From an uncultured virus (IMG/VR IMGVR_UViG_3300025900_000203) (lineage: Duplodnaviria; Heunggongvirae; Uroviricota; Caudoviricetes), in the IMG/VR virus record IMGVR_UViG_3300025900_000203: a DNA stretch of 64,000 nucleotides. The stretch is one strand, 5' to 3'. Of the stretch, positions 55,141 to 64,000 are shown in pieces. The notes below the pieces were generated by a model, which searched no databases, had not been told where the DNA came from, and saw nothing but the letters and a program-made list of their open reading frames with translations. How positions within the stretch are numbered: the first letter of the stretch is position 1; each line of letters opens with the position of its first letter. The position numbers were made by a program, and so were the translations under genes.

Positions 55141-55713
55141 TCAATGGAGCTTGAAATTGCTCACGATCGCGTCGGCGTCGTTCTCCGAGAGTCCCTTGGG
55201 ACCTGCGAGAACGTTCACGATGTAGAGTCGCTTCTGGCTCGGAGCGTTGAGAAACCAGGTCCGCGAGAAACGGACGTGGCTCGGATCGTTGTCATGATCG
55301 TCACGCCACGTACCTCTGGCGAGACGGGCAGGCTGTCCTGCAAGCGAGACATCGCTCCAAACAACGTCCGACACGTGGCTCGTGAGTGCCCAGCCGGACT
55401 CCATCACCGTGATTTCGTGCGGTGTGGCCAGGGCCATCTCCGCAAGGGACACCGTCACGAGATACGACTTCTGCGGATCTCCACCCCCGAGGATCACCAT
55501 CCGCGTTCCAGGAGCTCCAGGCACCGGATGCGATTCACCGCGAGGCATCTCGGGGAACTGCATCTCGAACTTCGCGTCGGAGGCTTTGAACGAAACATCC
55601 CCTTCTTCGACGACGGAGATGCCCTCCACAGTGATGGGGTGATGACTCTTGCAGCCACCACTGCCGAGACCAACGAGACTGACGAAGAGGAGAAGCACCG
55701 TGCAAAAGCGCAT
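55141..55713 (-). CDS. lipoprotein
   Basis: Signal peptide with SGGC lipobox; F..QFP..P and C-terminal SNFKL pattern. Confidence 0.7.
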   Translation of the reverse strand: MRFCTVLLLFVSLVGLGSGGCKSHHPITVEGISVVEEGDVSFKASDAKFEMQFPEMPRGESHPVPGAPGTRMVILGGGDPQKSYLVTVSLAEMALATPHEITVMESGWALTSHVSDVVWSDVSLAGQPARLARGTWRDDHDNDPSHVRFSRTWFLNAPSQKRLYIVNVLAGPKGLSENDADAIVSNFKLH

Positions 55714-55716
55714 GAA

Positions 55717-56664
55717 CTATTTCTTTCCTGGGATCTTGTCGATGAGGCTCTGAAGATACGCGTCGGCGGACGCTGGCAGCTTCGCATCTTTCGACGGCGA
55801 CGGCGACGGCGCGGACGTGACATGCATGGAAGGCTCTTCGCTGACCGGCATGTCATCGTAGAGGGAGCGCTCCATCTGCGACTTCTCTGCCGCGCGACGT
55901 GACGCGACGATGGCATCCCCGACGCCGCCGCCAACGCCCGTGATCCCTGTGTTGACCAGCGAGAACGCGTCGTCCGTCAAGGCAGTCTCTGCCGCACGGA
56001 TACCTCCGGCGATCGTGTGATCGCCGTTGCCGTCGATCTTCTCGCCTTCGGCAGTACGATGCTCGTCGGCGGTCATCGCCCAGTAGTCGTGCGTGTCGGT
56101 ATCCCGCACGGCCGCTTTGTTTCCGTAGTATCCGCCCGCGACACCCAGCCCGAAGGCCGCGCTCGCGGGACCTGCAGCTGCAAGCACGGGTCCGCTACTC
56201 ACGGCAGTTCCTGTGGCTGCAGAGATGAGCGCTCCTGAACCTTCGATGGTCGCGGCACCCGCGCCGACTAGTCCGGCACCACCGCCCATCACCTTGACGG
56301 CGTCATGCTGGTTCATGCCTTCGACGAACTCGTTGGTGGCGAAGGCCGCTCCGACGGGGCCCATGAACGTGTCGAAGCCACTGAGCCCGTGGACGCCGAA
56401 TTTCTCGGCGACGGCATGTGCCCCATCGCCAATACGATGCATCCACTCGAAGGGTGTGGTGTTGTCCGCACCCTCAGCTTCACCGCCGCCTTCCGCGTAG
56501 TGCCCAGATGCGAGCGCGTCGGCCTTGGGATCGACAGGGCCGCGGGTTTCTCCACCCATCGGGTGGATTTCGCTGAACGGATTGTAGAGGTTCGCGAAGG
56601 GGTTTACGGGTGGAAGTGACGGGTCGTGGTCACCGACGAGAGGTTTCCTGGCGAGTGCTGGCAT
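55717..56664 (-). CDS. Gly/Ala-rich protein with glycine-zipper hydrophobic helices
   Basis: GGGAGLVGAGAA, AAFGLGVAGG, GVGGGVG; no signal peptide. Confidence 0.7.
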   Translation of the reverse strand: MPALARKPLVGDHDPSLPPVNPFANLYNPFSEIHPMGGETRGPVDPKADALASGHYAEGGGEAEGADNTTPFEWMHRIGDGAHAVAEKFGVHGLSGFDTFMGPVGAAFATNEFVEGMNQHDAVKVMGGGAGLVGAGAATIEGSGALISAATGTAVSSGPVLAAAGPASAAFGLGVAGGYYGNKAAVRDTDTHDYWAMTADEHRTAEGEKIDGNGDHTIAGGIRAAETALTDDAFSLVNTGITGVGGGVGDAIVASRRAAEKSQMERSLYDDMPVSEEPSMHVTSAPSPSPSKDAKLPASADAYLQSLIDKIPGKK

Positions 56665-56672
56665 CGAGCTTC

Positions 56673-56707
56673 ATGATTTACTCTTGAGTTGTGCAAGTCA
56701 AGAGTAA
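56673..56707 (-). promoter_or_regulatory. TTACTC-family promoter/operator, copy 2 (palindromic)
   Basis: TTACTCTTGA-N10-TCAAGAGTAA (56678-56707); AATCAT then 8 nt to ATG 56664. Confidence 0.8.
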
Positions 56708-56734
56708 TCGTGAGGCGGGCTCGTAGCTCTCGAC

Positions 56735-57238
56735 TTAGAACTTGTCGCCGATGCCGAGCCACATGGCGGCGCACCACGATGCGTCGGGACGGACGTCTTT
56801 CACGACGACCTGCACGAGCGGTGGGTACTTGGGGCGCTCTTCGAGCGAAACGCCGATCGTGACTCCTGGGGTTGAAGTCAACCACCAGCCAACCACCTTG
56901 TCGGTGTTTTCGTGGATGAAGAGCTTGTCCGGTTTGTATGTCGTGCCGACATCCAGATCGAGATCGAGGGTCCCGTCCTGGTGCGCGGTAATCACCGGCA
57001 GTTTACGGATGACCTTCCACAAACGTTCCTTCAAAACGCGATCGTCGCAGACATGCTTGAGCAGCACGTAGTCGCCCTGCCGTGGGTGGATCTGGTAGCG
57101 GATGCTCGCGTGATAGTGAGGCAGATCCGCCCGTGCGACGTCTGCCTGAGAGGCCGTCACACGTGGTGGCGGTGCTGGGTCAGCGAACGCCGGGATGCAC
57201 CAGAGCAAGAACGGTACGAGTCCGGTAAAAATCCGCAT
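56735..57238 (-). CDS. secreted protein
   Basis: Signal peptide ending AFA|DPAPP. Confidence 0.7.
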   Translation of the reverse strand: MRIFTGLVPFLLWCIPAFADPAPPPRVTASQADVARADLPHYHASIRYQIHPRQGDYVLLKHVCDDRVLKERLWKVIRKLPVITAHQDGTLDLDLDVGTTYKPDKLFIHENTDKVVGWWLTSTPGVTIGVSLEERPKYPPLVQVVVKDVRPDASWCAAMWLGIGDKF

Positions 57239-57246
57239 CACCGACG

Positions 57247-57281
57247 ATGATTCACCTCTGGTGCTGGCAAGTCAAGAGTAA
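57247..57281 (-). promoter_or_regulatory. TTACTC-family promoter/operator, copy 3
   Basis: TTACTCTTGACT-N17-AATCAT, 8 nt to ATG 57238. Confidence 0.75.
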
Positions 57282-57349
57282 CCCTTCTCTTCTTACCCCG
57301 CTGCATCCCCATGCAATGTCAGAGGAATCGTGTACAAGAGTAAGGTCCG

Positions 57350-57952
57350 ATGCCAAAGCCCAATGACGGCGTGCTCTCGTGGGACGAAGGAAAACAACTG
57401 CTTGCCGCCTGTGCCGGCAAGCGGGCGCGTGATGTGCGAGATCGCGCGATCGTCGTTCTGGGCCTTCGCACAGGGATGCTGCGATCCTCGATGTGCGAGC
57501 TGACGATCAAAGACCTGAAGTTAGGGCTGGATGGAGATTCGGGGTACACGCTCACCTTCACGAAGAAGGGTGGTGATCGCCACACCATCAAGCTCGATCC
57601 TGACACCCTACGGGTGCTAGCAGAATGGATAGAGTGCCTGAAGAGCCAGGGCATCACCTCGGGGCGCTTGTTCCGATCCATCTCCAAAGGAGATCAGGCC
57701 ACGGGTTCGCGGCTCACACCGGATGGGTTGTATCGTGCGATCGGCGCGCGTGCCGAGATCGCCAAGCTCGAGATGACGGGGTACATGTTCCACCGTACCT
57801 TCGCAGCGTGGGCTCGGCGGGCCCGCGCGAATGACGAGCAGATCGCGCAAGTGACAGGGACTGGCGTGGAGCTTCTGGAGTCGAAGACCAGCAAGCCGCC
57901 GGCGAACTTCGTGATCGGGAGGCTACTGCGTCGCGAGCGCTTCCGTCGATGA
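57350..57952 (+). CDS. catalytically degenerate tyrosine-recombinase domain protein
   Basis: RDRAIV..GL.TGMLRS, KKGG, LFRS, YMFHRTFA; catalytic R, HxxR, H and Y not conserved. Confidence 0.75.
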   Translation: MPKPNDGVLSWDEGKQLLAACAGKRARDVRDRAIVVLGLRTGMLRSSMCELTIKDLKLGLDGDSGYTLTFTKKGGDRHTIKLDPDTLRVLAEWIECLKSQGITSGRLFRSISKGDQATGSRLTPDGLYRAIGARAEIAKLEMTGYMFHRTFAAWARRARANDEQIAQVTGTGVELLESKTSKPPANFVIGRLLRRERFRR

Positions 57953-57968
57953 CACGTCGAGTGACCTA

Positions 57969-58418
57969 TCACAAGCCTCGGCGCGATACCGAAGGCGGAA
58001 GGTCCGTGATAGCGCACGATCCCAAGGTCCAACGTTCCGCCAAGGGCCTCGGTGCGGCATTGGATCTCTCCACCGCCGCACGATCCCATGGACCTCGCGC
58101 GCGAAGGCACGGGCTCGAGAGAGCGATGCGAAGCGGCGGCCACGACGCGGAGTGATCGCGTCGACATAGTCTCGCATCCACCGAGGGGAATCTCGAAGCA
58201 AATGTCCCGGTCCGCGCTCGAGGACGACCCAGCGTCCGTGCGAATCGCTTCGGCTCCAGGCGGCTTCGGCTCCAGGCGGCTTCTTTCGCTGCAAACTTTT
58301 CGAAACCGTCGATCATCAGCTCTGCAGATTTTTCGAAACCGATCATCCTTCCCTTTCCCCGGTGTCCTGACAACACCACGTAAATCCGTTGGGTTGGTAG
58401 TCGAAACACCTTCGGCAA
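57969..58418 (-). CDS. hypothetical protein
   Basis: Frame ambiguous versus 57923..58294. Confidence 0.35.
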   Translation of the reverse strand: MPKVFRLPTQRIYVVLSGHRGKGRMIGFEKSAELMIDGFEKFAAKEAAWSRSRLEPKRFARTLGRPRARTGTFASRFPSVDARLCRRDHSASWPPLRIALSSPCLRARGPWDRAAVERSNAAPRPLAERWTLGSCAITDLPPSVSRRGL

Positions 58419-58696
58419 CGGTGCTGAAGAACTTCTTCCAATACCGCTGCTCGCGCCTCTTCGTTCGGCAGCTCCGCTAAGAGCTTGCGGATCGCGTCGA
58501 CCGTTGGATGGTACGCCTTCACAGTAAGTTGTCCTTCCTGTTATCCTTGGGTGGTGGTGCCTTCAAATCCAGAACCTCAAACGCCAGCCATGTACGGCCG
58601 GGAATCTGGAAACTCTCGAGCTTCGCGGATCGCATTCGCAGCGTTTCTCGTGAGCTCCTTGGGAATCGCGTATCGCGTGCTTGAAGTTCGCCGTCT

Positions 58697-59071
58697 TCAT
58701 CGAGATGCCTTGCGTGCGCCTTGAGGCTTCGGAAACTTCGCAGGGTCATGCACGTACGTCGGGTCGTCGCCCTTCCACACAATCGTCGTCCAAGGTGAAA
58801 GCGTTGTAGCGAGGAGCTTCCGCGCTCGTGAACGGGAATACGCGGTCGAGGCTGCGATCACATGCAGGCCTTTCTTCTCTGCCGCACTCACGTTGTAGAA
58901 CACGATCTGCGATAGGGCGAATCGAGGATCGCGAGGCGTTGCAGCCCGAGGCGTGCGCAGGCCCCGCTTACGCGTTCGCAAGCGTCGAAGGACAAGTCCT
59001 CCTGGGCGAACGCCAACCACAAAGCGGCGTTGCCCACGGAACTCGATCCAATCGCCCATCCGCACGCCCAC
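58697..59071 (-). CDS. hypothetical protein
   Basis: Basic ORF, abuts upstream gene. Confidence 0.5.
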   Translation of the reverse strand: MGVRMGDWIEFRGQRRFVVGVRPGGLVLRRLRTRKRGLRTPRAATPRDPRFALSQIVFYNVSAAEKKGLHVIAASTAYSRSRARKLLATTLSPWTTIVWKGDDPTYVHDPAKFPKPQGARKASR

Positions 59072-59403
59072 TAGGCTTGCTCCGAGAAGTCCACGAGCTG
59101 GCTCACGCGGACGCGCGTGTCGTAACCTGTTGCAACGTCCAACCGATCCGTGATCCCGACGTCACCGAAGCGCGACGCCATCGTGACACGCACGCGGCGG
59201 CCTTCGAAGGTGGCGAACAACTGCGGGTGGGGCAACGGCTGCAGATAACCGTGGGCCGGAGAGCGGGCGAACGCCAGGAAGGTGCGTAGCGCCATCGGAG
59301 CTTTCAGATCGTCGATGTAGTCGTCACAATGATCGGCCGGCTCTGGGACCGCTGTGCTGACGATCTTCGACTTCCGTTTACGACGTGCTCGGTACTCCTT
59401 CAC
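59071..59403 (-). CDS. phage-type hypothetical protein
   Basis: HCDDYID...RVRVTMASRFGDVGIT. Confidence 0.65.
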   Translation of the reverse strand: MKEYRARRKRKSKIVSTAVPEPADHCDDYIDDLKAPMALRTFLAFARSPAHGYLQPLPHPQLFATFEGRRVRVTMASRFGDVGITDRLDVATGYDTRVRVSQLVDFSEQA

Positions 59404-59464
59404 TTGCGAGGCTCCGCAATCGCCGAACAGCGATCGCAGCCGAACATGATCTTATTGAAGTTGC

Positions 59465-59812
59465 TCACGAGTCCGCCGCTACATCCAGCGACGCGAATGC
59501 GAACACCTGGTGCTCCTTGCCGTCCGGATCGACCACGCACACCGGATTGATGCGGAAGAGCCCACCCCCAGCGTACGTGCACGGACCACCTTCCTTGCGG
59601 AAGGTCGCTTCGCCGGACGTTCCTGGAATCCAGCGACCGACACAGGAGAACGCGACCGTGTTCTCAGGTGCACCCGCGTCACGCCACGCGGACACGGCCG
59701 CTACGTATCCGCAGCTCGGGCACACGAAACGCCACGCCAGCGGATCGTCCCCGAACAACTCAACCGCCCTCGCCTGCCATTCTGCTTTGGTCCATCGAAG
59801 CGTGTCGCTCAC
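59465..59812 (-). CDS. VVA0879-like phage protein
   Basis: LFGDD..WRFVCPSCG...CVGR...C.YAGGGLF...FAFA. Confidence 0.65.
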   Translation of the reverse strand: MSDTLRWTKAEWQARAVELFGDDPLAWRFVCPSCGYVAAVSAWRDAGAPENTVAFSCVGRWIPGTSGEATFRKEGGPCTYAGGGLFRINPVCVVDPDGKEHQVFAFASLDVAADS

Positions 59813-59873
59813 ACAAATCTCCTGGTTTTCAGTTCACGAAGCCACCGCTGACGCCAATCGAGGCGTGGCCCTG

Positions 59874-60209
59874 TCACGCCTTCATTCTCGCCATGTCCGT
59901 GAATCGTACCCATCCCGTGCCGTCAGGGTTGGTAACTCGCGTCATGTGATACCGGCGGCCGAGCAGTAGCACGCCGCTGAAGTTGTCGATTACCGTGGTG
60001 CGATCCGCGACGATCGTGCAGCGATGCCATTCGTCGCTCGCATCGTCTCCGGCGGTTCGTGCACGCACTGCGTACTCGATACGCTCGACGCCCAGTTCGA
60101 CGATCTCGCCGGTGTAACGGTCGACGATGCCAACGTAATGCTCGTATCCTTCTCCCTTGTTGGGTAACTCGAACGTGGATTCGTACGCCTGCGGAAGTTT
60201 CTTCATCAC
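59874..60209 (-). CDS. hypothetical protein, paralog of 8157..8435
   Basis: Shared C-terminal block. Confidence 0.75.
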   Translation of the reverse strand: MMKKLPQAYESTFELPNKGEGYEHYVGIVDRYTGEIVELGVERIEYAVRARTAGDDASDEWHRCTIVADRTTVIDNFSGVLLLGRRYHMTRVTNPDGTGWVRFTDMARMKA

Positions 60210-60605
60210 CTAACCTCGAATGCAACTGTCCCGCGCGGACGATCGCCCAAGTAACGCGGAACGATCGGTGGTCCTGAAACACAGACCATCATGGGATCCA
60301 ACCCTCGTACTCGTGCCCGTGCAACTGCCGCTGGCACGACCCACAGAAGAGCGCCACGAGTGGCTGCCACGCGCGGACACCTCCTGCGTCTTCAGGAAGA
60401 GGAGGATGTCGCTCACGTCGAAGTGATCAACTTCGATCCAATCCGCCCACGCGCCGTTGTAGCGGGTGCTCATGTGCAACGAATAACCTTGCGCACCACT
60501 GCTCGGGATCAGGCGGTACCGCGACTGACTCGCCTCAAGATAGGCGGCACGCCCTTCATCACGCACGATCCCAAGCGCTCTACGGAGCGCGTCCGGCAGC
60601 GTCAC
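60210..60605 (-). CDS. hypothetical protein
   Basis: GTGA overlap with upstream gene. Confidence 0.45.
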   Translation of the reverse strand: MTLPDALRRALGIVRDEGRAAYLEASQSRYRLIPSSGAQGYSLHMSTRYNGAWADWIEVDHFDVSDILLFLKTQEVSARGSHSWRSSVGRASGSCTGTSTRVGSHDGLCFRTTDRSALLGRSSARDSCIRG

Positions 60606-61051
60606 GGGACCCGTCTCCGAGGCTTCTTCGATTGCCTTCGATTCCGCTCGATTTCTCGCTCCATCTTCGCCATCTCTGCAAGCAGGCAGGCCAGCGCTTC
60701 GTACCGCTCGCTCAGCGGTGAAGCTTTTTGCAGATCGAAGGGCTTTGCGGTGTGCGGCCAGAGGTTCGTCAGCGGCATGTGATTGGCTGACTGCACCCAG
60801 TCGCGTGGCGCCTCGGGCCGTTGGTAATCCAGCGGAAGGAACTCGACGGAGCCAGCATCGCCGGCGCACCAATAGCTCGACAGGCACACATGCCGCTCGG
60901 CCTCTCCGCTATCCCGTGCGACCGCGGTACAACGGCAGCAGATCAGCGCGTCGCACGGCTTTCCTCGCGGAGCTTCGCCACGCACGTATCCTTGCTGCGC
61001 ATAGAGGAGCACACGGCGGAAGCGGAGTCCGCTGATGATCGTGTGGCTCAC
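60602..61051 (-). CDS. hypothetical protein
   Basis: Cys cluster and coiled-coil tail. Confidence 0.55.
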   Translation of the reverse strand: MSHTIISGLRFRRVLLYAQQGYVRGEAPRGKPCDALICCRCTAVARDSGEAERHVCLSSYWCAGDAGSVEFLPLDYQRPEAPRDWVQSANHMPLTNLWPHTAKPFDLQKASPLSERYEALACLLAEMAKMEREIERNRRQSKKPRRRVP

Positions 61052-61136
61052 GAAAGCGCAATCCGCGCTGCTTCGTCAGACGTATAGCGGGCCTTCACCT
61101 TGTCGAGCCACGCCTGAAGGATGCTTGGGTACTCTT

Positions 61137-61357
61137 TCATGGTCTTGTGATCCCTGGACCGTGCTTCACGCAGATCGGACATGTGACATCACCATCACGC
61201 CCGAACACCCATCCTCTTTTGCGGGCGTGTTGACGAGCTGCCGCTTCTGTTTGCTGCTCGCCAAATTCGGCAGCGCCCTCGCAATGACGGGCGTCGTACT
61301 CATCTGGTTTCGCGAGAGCTTCCTCCGACTCAGGAGCGAATCGGCAGTAGAGGTGCA
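61137..61357 (-). CDS. small Zn-finger protein
   Basis: YC...C...RGW...CPIC. Confidence 0.55.
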
Positions 61358-61753
61358 TTATATAGGCACCGGCGATCATTTCTTTGCGACCGGAAAACGC
61401 TCCAGTAACAGATGATTGACAACGTCTGCCAGCGAACATTTTTCGCTCTTGGCTTGCGCGTTGAGGTGTTTGCGGATCCGCATTGGGATACGGACCGTAA
61501 GTTGATGATCGCGAAGCTCTGACAAGGTCCGGGCAGTGTCATGCACTGCACGCCAGCGGTCAATTACTTTTGCGCGAAAGCGATCGGCAACTCGGCAGAA
61601 ATTGCAACGAGGCCTTCCCGCACGAGAAGACGAAGAAGCATTCGCGACAGCCGCGTCGCCGACAGCGGCGGCTCTCGATCCATCCGGGTACGATAAGCCC
61701 GCGAAGAATCGGAATGATGATCAACGGGGCGGCGATGTCGAAAAGGATGTCGT

Positions 61754-62140
61754 TCATGGCCGGCACGACCAACGATCGCCGAAGCGTCGATGCACGGGTT
61801 TATTCGGGCACTCCTTCATATGCTCCTCGATCGTCGCATCTGCATACGGAGCCGTTTCGAAGCCACACCGTCGGCATTTCGCGCTGCTGACAAGCGTGCG
61901 CTTCGGCGGGGCAGTGAGCACAACATGGGTACGCTGTACGATCTCCCACTCGACGGAAGGATCCGGCGGAATCATCGGGATGCCCATGTCAGCGCCGCAA
62001 TCGACGCACGTCACTTGCTCAGCTTGTCGCCGGCACTCCTCACTCATCGCGAGCCAGTCGGCTGCGCGAAACGTCTGGAACGTAGCCGCCGCGTGATTGA
62101 GCGCGGCCGAAACCTTCAGCGATTTTGTCAGCGCGCGCAT
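61754..62140 (-). CDS. Zn-finger protein
   Basis: CVDC...CRRC...H...C. Confidence 0.55.
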   Translation of the reverse strand: MRALTKSLKVSAALNHAAATFQTFRAADWLAMSEECRRQAEQVTCVDCGADMGIPMIPPDPSVEWEIVQRTHVVLTAPPKRTLVSSAKCRRCGFETAPYADATIEEHMKECPNKPVHRRFGDRWSCRP

Positions 62141-62595
62141 GCTTCCACCGCCGACCGTGCGCGGTGACCGTGCGCGAGCGGAAGGGTGAGATCCACCGTC
62201 CAGCTCGGGCCCCCGTAGCCGTCCATCGCGAGCTGGAACGCATGCCCCAGCGTCTCGCCCTTGTCGTCTTCGTCCTCCGAGTAGTTCGGCGACGAATCGT
62301 CATTGCCAGCGGAAATGGAGTCCACGTCCAACGGTCTCGGCAGACCCTGCACCGCGATTACCTCCCCATCCTCTGAAGGAACGAAGATGCCTTCACCCGC
62401 GAGGATCAGTGCCCCGACAGCACAACACCAGCGCAACTTCGGACTGTCCCACCGGACGGGATCTCCCTCATCGTCGAGAAAAAACTCTCCCATCGTCGGG
62501 CCGAGCTTGCGCCCGTTGGCCTCTTGAAGAGCGATCGCGAGCAGAAGTTCATCGGTCGGAACACGATCTGCCGAGATCACGGACAACTTCTTCAT
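62128..62595 (-). CDS. phage-type hypothetical protein
   Basis: AAGGAG RBS; WCCAVGAL...GND. Confidence 0.65.
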   Translation of the reverse strand: MKKLSVISADRVPTDELLLAIALQEANGRKLGPTMGEFFLDDEGDPVRWDSPKLRWCCAVGALILAGEGIFVPSEDGEVIAVQGLPRPLDVDSISAGNDDSSPNYSEDEDDKGETLGHAFQLAMDGYGGPSWTVDLTLPLAHGHRARSAVEACAR

Positions 62596-62727
62596 GGCAT
62601 CTCCTTACGTTGAGGTTGGATCAAGCGAGGGTGAGGGTGAATTGTTGATGGCTGACATAGGCGACAACATCGGAGCCGATCTCCTCCTCATCGTCCCACG
62701 ACAAACACCACACGCGGTAACGATCGG

Positions 62728-63006
62728 TCATGACGGCAACCCTGGGCCCCAAATTTTCTGGATCTCGTCCGCGATGTCTTTCCGATCGATCTCGACGAAG
62801 TGCTCGCTGATCTCGCGGACGGTCTGTCGAATTGCCCCTGCCGCGGCACCTTCACCGATCTTGGCCAACCGATCACGCTCGGCCGTGATTTGATCCAGCT
62901 CGGCGTACGCGGAGACCACCGTCTTGCAGAGGACACGATTCTCGGCGCGGAGGCGATCACGCTCGGCGATCAACTCGGTGATCGCTTCGGTCGTCGGATC
63001 GTTCAC
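62728..63006 (-). CDS. coiled-coil protein
   Basis: AERDRL repeated. Confidence 0.6.
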   Translation of the reverse strand: MNDPTTEAITELIAERDRLRAENRVLCKTVVSAYAELDQITAERDRLAKIGEGAAAGAIRQTVREISEHFVEIDRKDIADEIQKIWGPGLPS

Positions 63007-63431
63007 GGCTTACGATCCTCATCCCACTGGGTGTACTTGAACCCCGCATCTTCCAGCATCGTCATGCCGATATTCGTGGCGAGCCACTGAATGACCGACG
63101 TCGCGACGAACCAATCTCGAGCGCTGGTGGCCGTCGCGTCTTGTAGGATTGCCGAAAGCAAGTGATCCGGATCCTGACGAAGGGCCATCTTCATCCACGC
63201 CGCGTGCATCTTCTTCTCGCGCGGATAGTGATCACTCTGCGTCCTCTCGAAGAGGGCGCCATAGAACCGCCAATTCTTGGCAGCTTCCAACGCCGCACGC
63301 GCCGTACAGCGGGGACAGTCACAGGGTTTCGGTCGCTCCTCCGCGTCGTAGTAGGCGCAATCGTCACGATTGGCGATCCGCCAGAGCGCGTTGTCGAGGA
63401 TTCGAAGTTGTTGCTCTTGATCGATACTCAT
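63003..63431 (-). CDS. hypothetical protein
   Basis: AAGGAG RBS; VIQWLATNIG. Confidence 0.65.
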   Translation of the reverse strand: MSIDQEQQLRILDNALWRIANRDDCAYYDAEERPKPCDCPRCTARAALEAAKNWRFYGALFERTQSDHYPREKKMHAAWMKMALRQDPDHLLSAILQDATATSARDWFVATSVIQWLATNIGMTMLEDAGFKYTQWDEDRKP

Positions 63432-63676
63432 GCAGGCTCCTTCCACTGTTGCCGGAGGATCAGACGTTCCCACAGCGTCTTCACGTCGTTAAACACTTGC
63501 GCATTCAGCGCCGGGCCAAGATCGTCAAGCGACTGTAATGCGGCGATCCCGTCAATGATCACAGCGCACTGCTGCCGGGACTCCGCGCACGTCTTGGGTA
63601 GCGTCGCCGACACGTCGAGCGCTCGCTGGCCATCGAGGAGACGGCGGCTGTCGATGTCCGTTGGCATGTTATCCAT
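63428..63676 (-). CDS. hypothetical protein
   Basis: ATGA overlap. Confidence 0.55.
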   Translation of the reverse strand: MDNMPTDIDSRRLLDGQRALDVSATLPKTCAESRQQCAVIIDGIAALQSLDDLGPALNAQVFNDVKTLWERLILRQQWKEPA

Positions 63677-63851
63677 GGGTGACGACGTGCGCGCCGTCGA
63701 GTGTCCAGCGCTTCATGGCTGCGACAGCTTGCGCGATCGTCTTGTAACGGGTGCCTTTGTCACGCACCCACGCGTGACGACTCTCGTCCCAATAATCGTT
63801 GCTGCCAGGCCCACGCGCGATGCGGGTTACCTTGACTCCGGGGCCGCTCAT
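63669..63851 (-). CDS. hypothetical protein
   Basis: Starts MSGPG. Confidence 0.5.
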   Translation of the reverse strand: MSGPGVKVTRIARGPGSNDYWDESRHAWVRDKGTRYKTIAQAVAAMKRWTLDGAHVVTHG

Positions 63852-64000
63852 GCGCGAGGACCTGCTTTGTAAGCTCGCGTATCGAAGGCTTGCGTGTCCA
63901 CCCGCACGTGGCGTACCGCCCGAGAAAGCACGTACTCCACGGGCCACGGGATATCGGTCCCCCGCATGTTCGCGGCGCGTTCGCCGGTGTACGTGCCAGC

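Larger units (their letters stand above)
1..64000. mobile_element. Segment of a probable large (jumbo-type) bacteriophage or phage-like element, likely Myxococcota host
   Basis: Dense short hypothetical ORFs with ATGA/GTGA overlaps, intein, DNA-modification-type genes, recombinases and isolated host-like genes; no housekeeping operons. No hallmark virion genes recognised, so this is an inference. Confidence 0.7.

Noticed and set aside
1..64000. tRNA or rRNA genes
   Set aside because: No convincing cloverleaf or rRNA signature seen by eye; tRNAscan-SE or ARAGORN would be needed to exclude them.

Overview
The window is GC-rich and densely packed with short, often overlapping, mostly hypothetical genes in long same-strand runs. 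I see no rRNA, tRNA, CRISPR array or core housekeeping operon, and no terminase, portal or capsid gene that I can recognise. It looks like an accessory segment of a very large (jumbo-type) phage or phage-like element. A Myxococcota host is inferred from a lipoprotein with a DAxxDA linker, a stand-alone FHA domain, a sigma54-activator-type HTH and many sigma54 promoters. Recognisable products: four ParB/Srx-fold proteins, a PAPS-reductase-like protein with a LAGLIDADG intein, DnaJ, a YkgJ-type Cys-cluster protein, a SLOG protein, an RHH protein, HIT, an AttH/CrtC-like lipoprotein, a radical SAM protein, a metallophosphoesterase, a Mom-like DNA modifier, a TGT-like protein, one intact and one catalytically dead tyrosine recombinase, a serine-recombinase DNA-binding domain, two collagen-like paralogs, a dual-specificity phosphatase, a kinase-fold protein and an S53 protease without a prodomain. 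The most striking signals are not in the ORF track: (1) eight sigma54 (-24/-12) promoters, each preceded by the same GGGT-N8-ACCC palindrome at helically phased distances with an IHF-like site between, one of which drives an HTH-only activator fragment; (2) a shared N-terminal peptide (consensus AQLDREIAEAL) on unrelated proteins; (3) a second promoter family (TTACTCTTGACT-N17-AATCAT-N8-ATG), one copy of which drives a truncated Cas12m/TnpB-like N-terminus; (4) widespread leaderless TANNNT promoters; (5) a structured element bounded by a perfect 26-bp inverted repeat. Family assignments come from motif recognition by eye, not from database searches.
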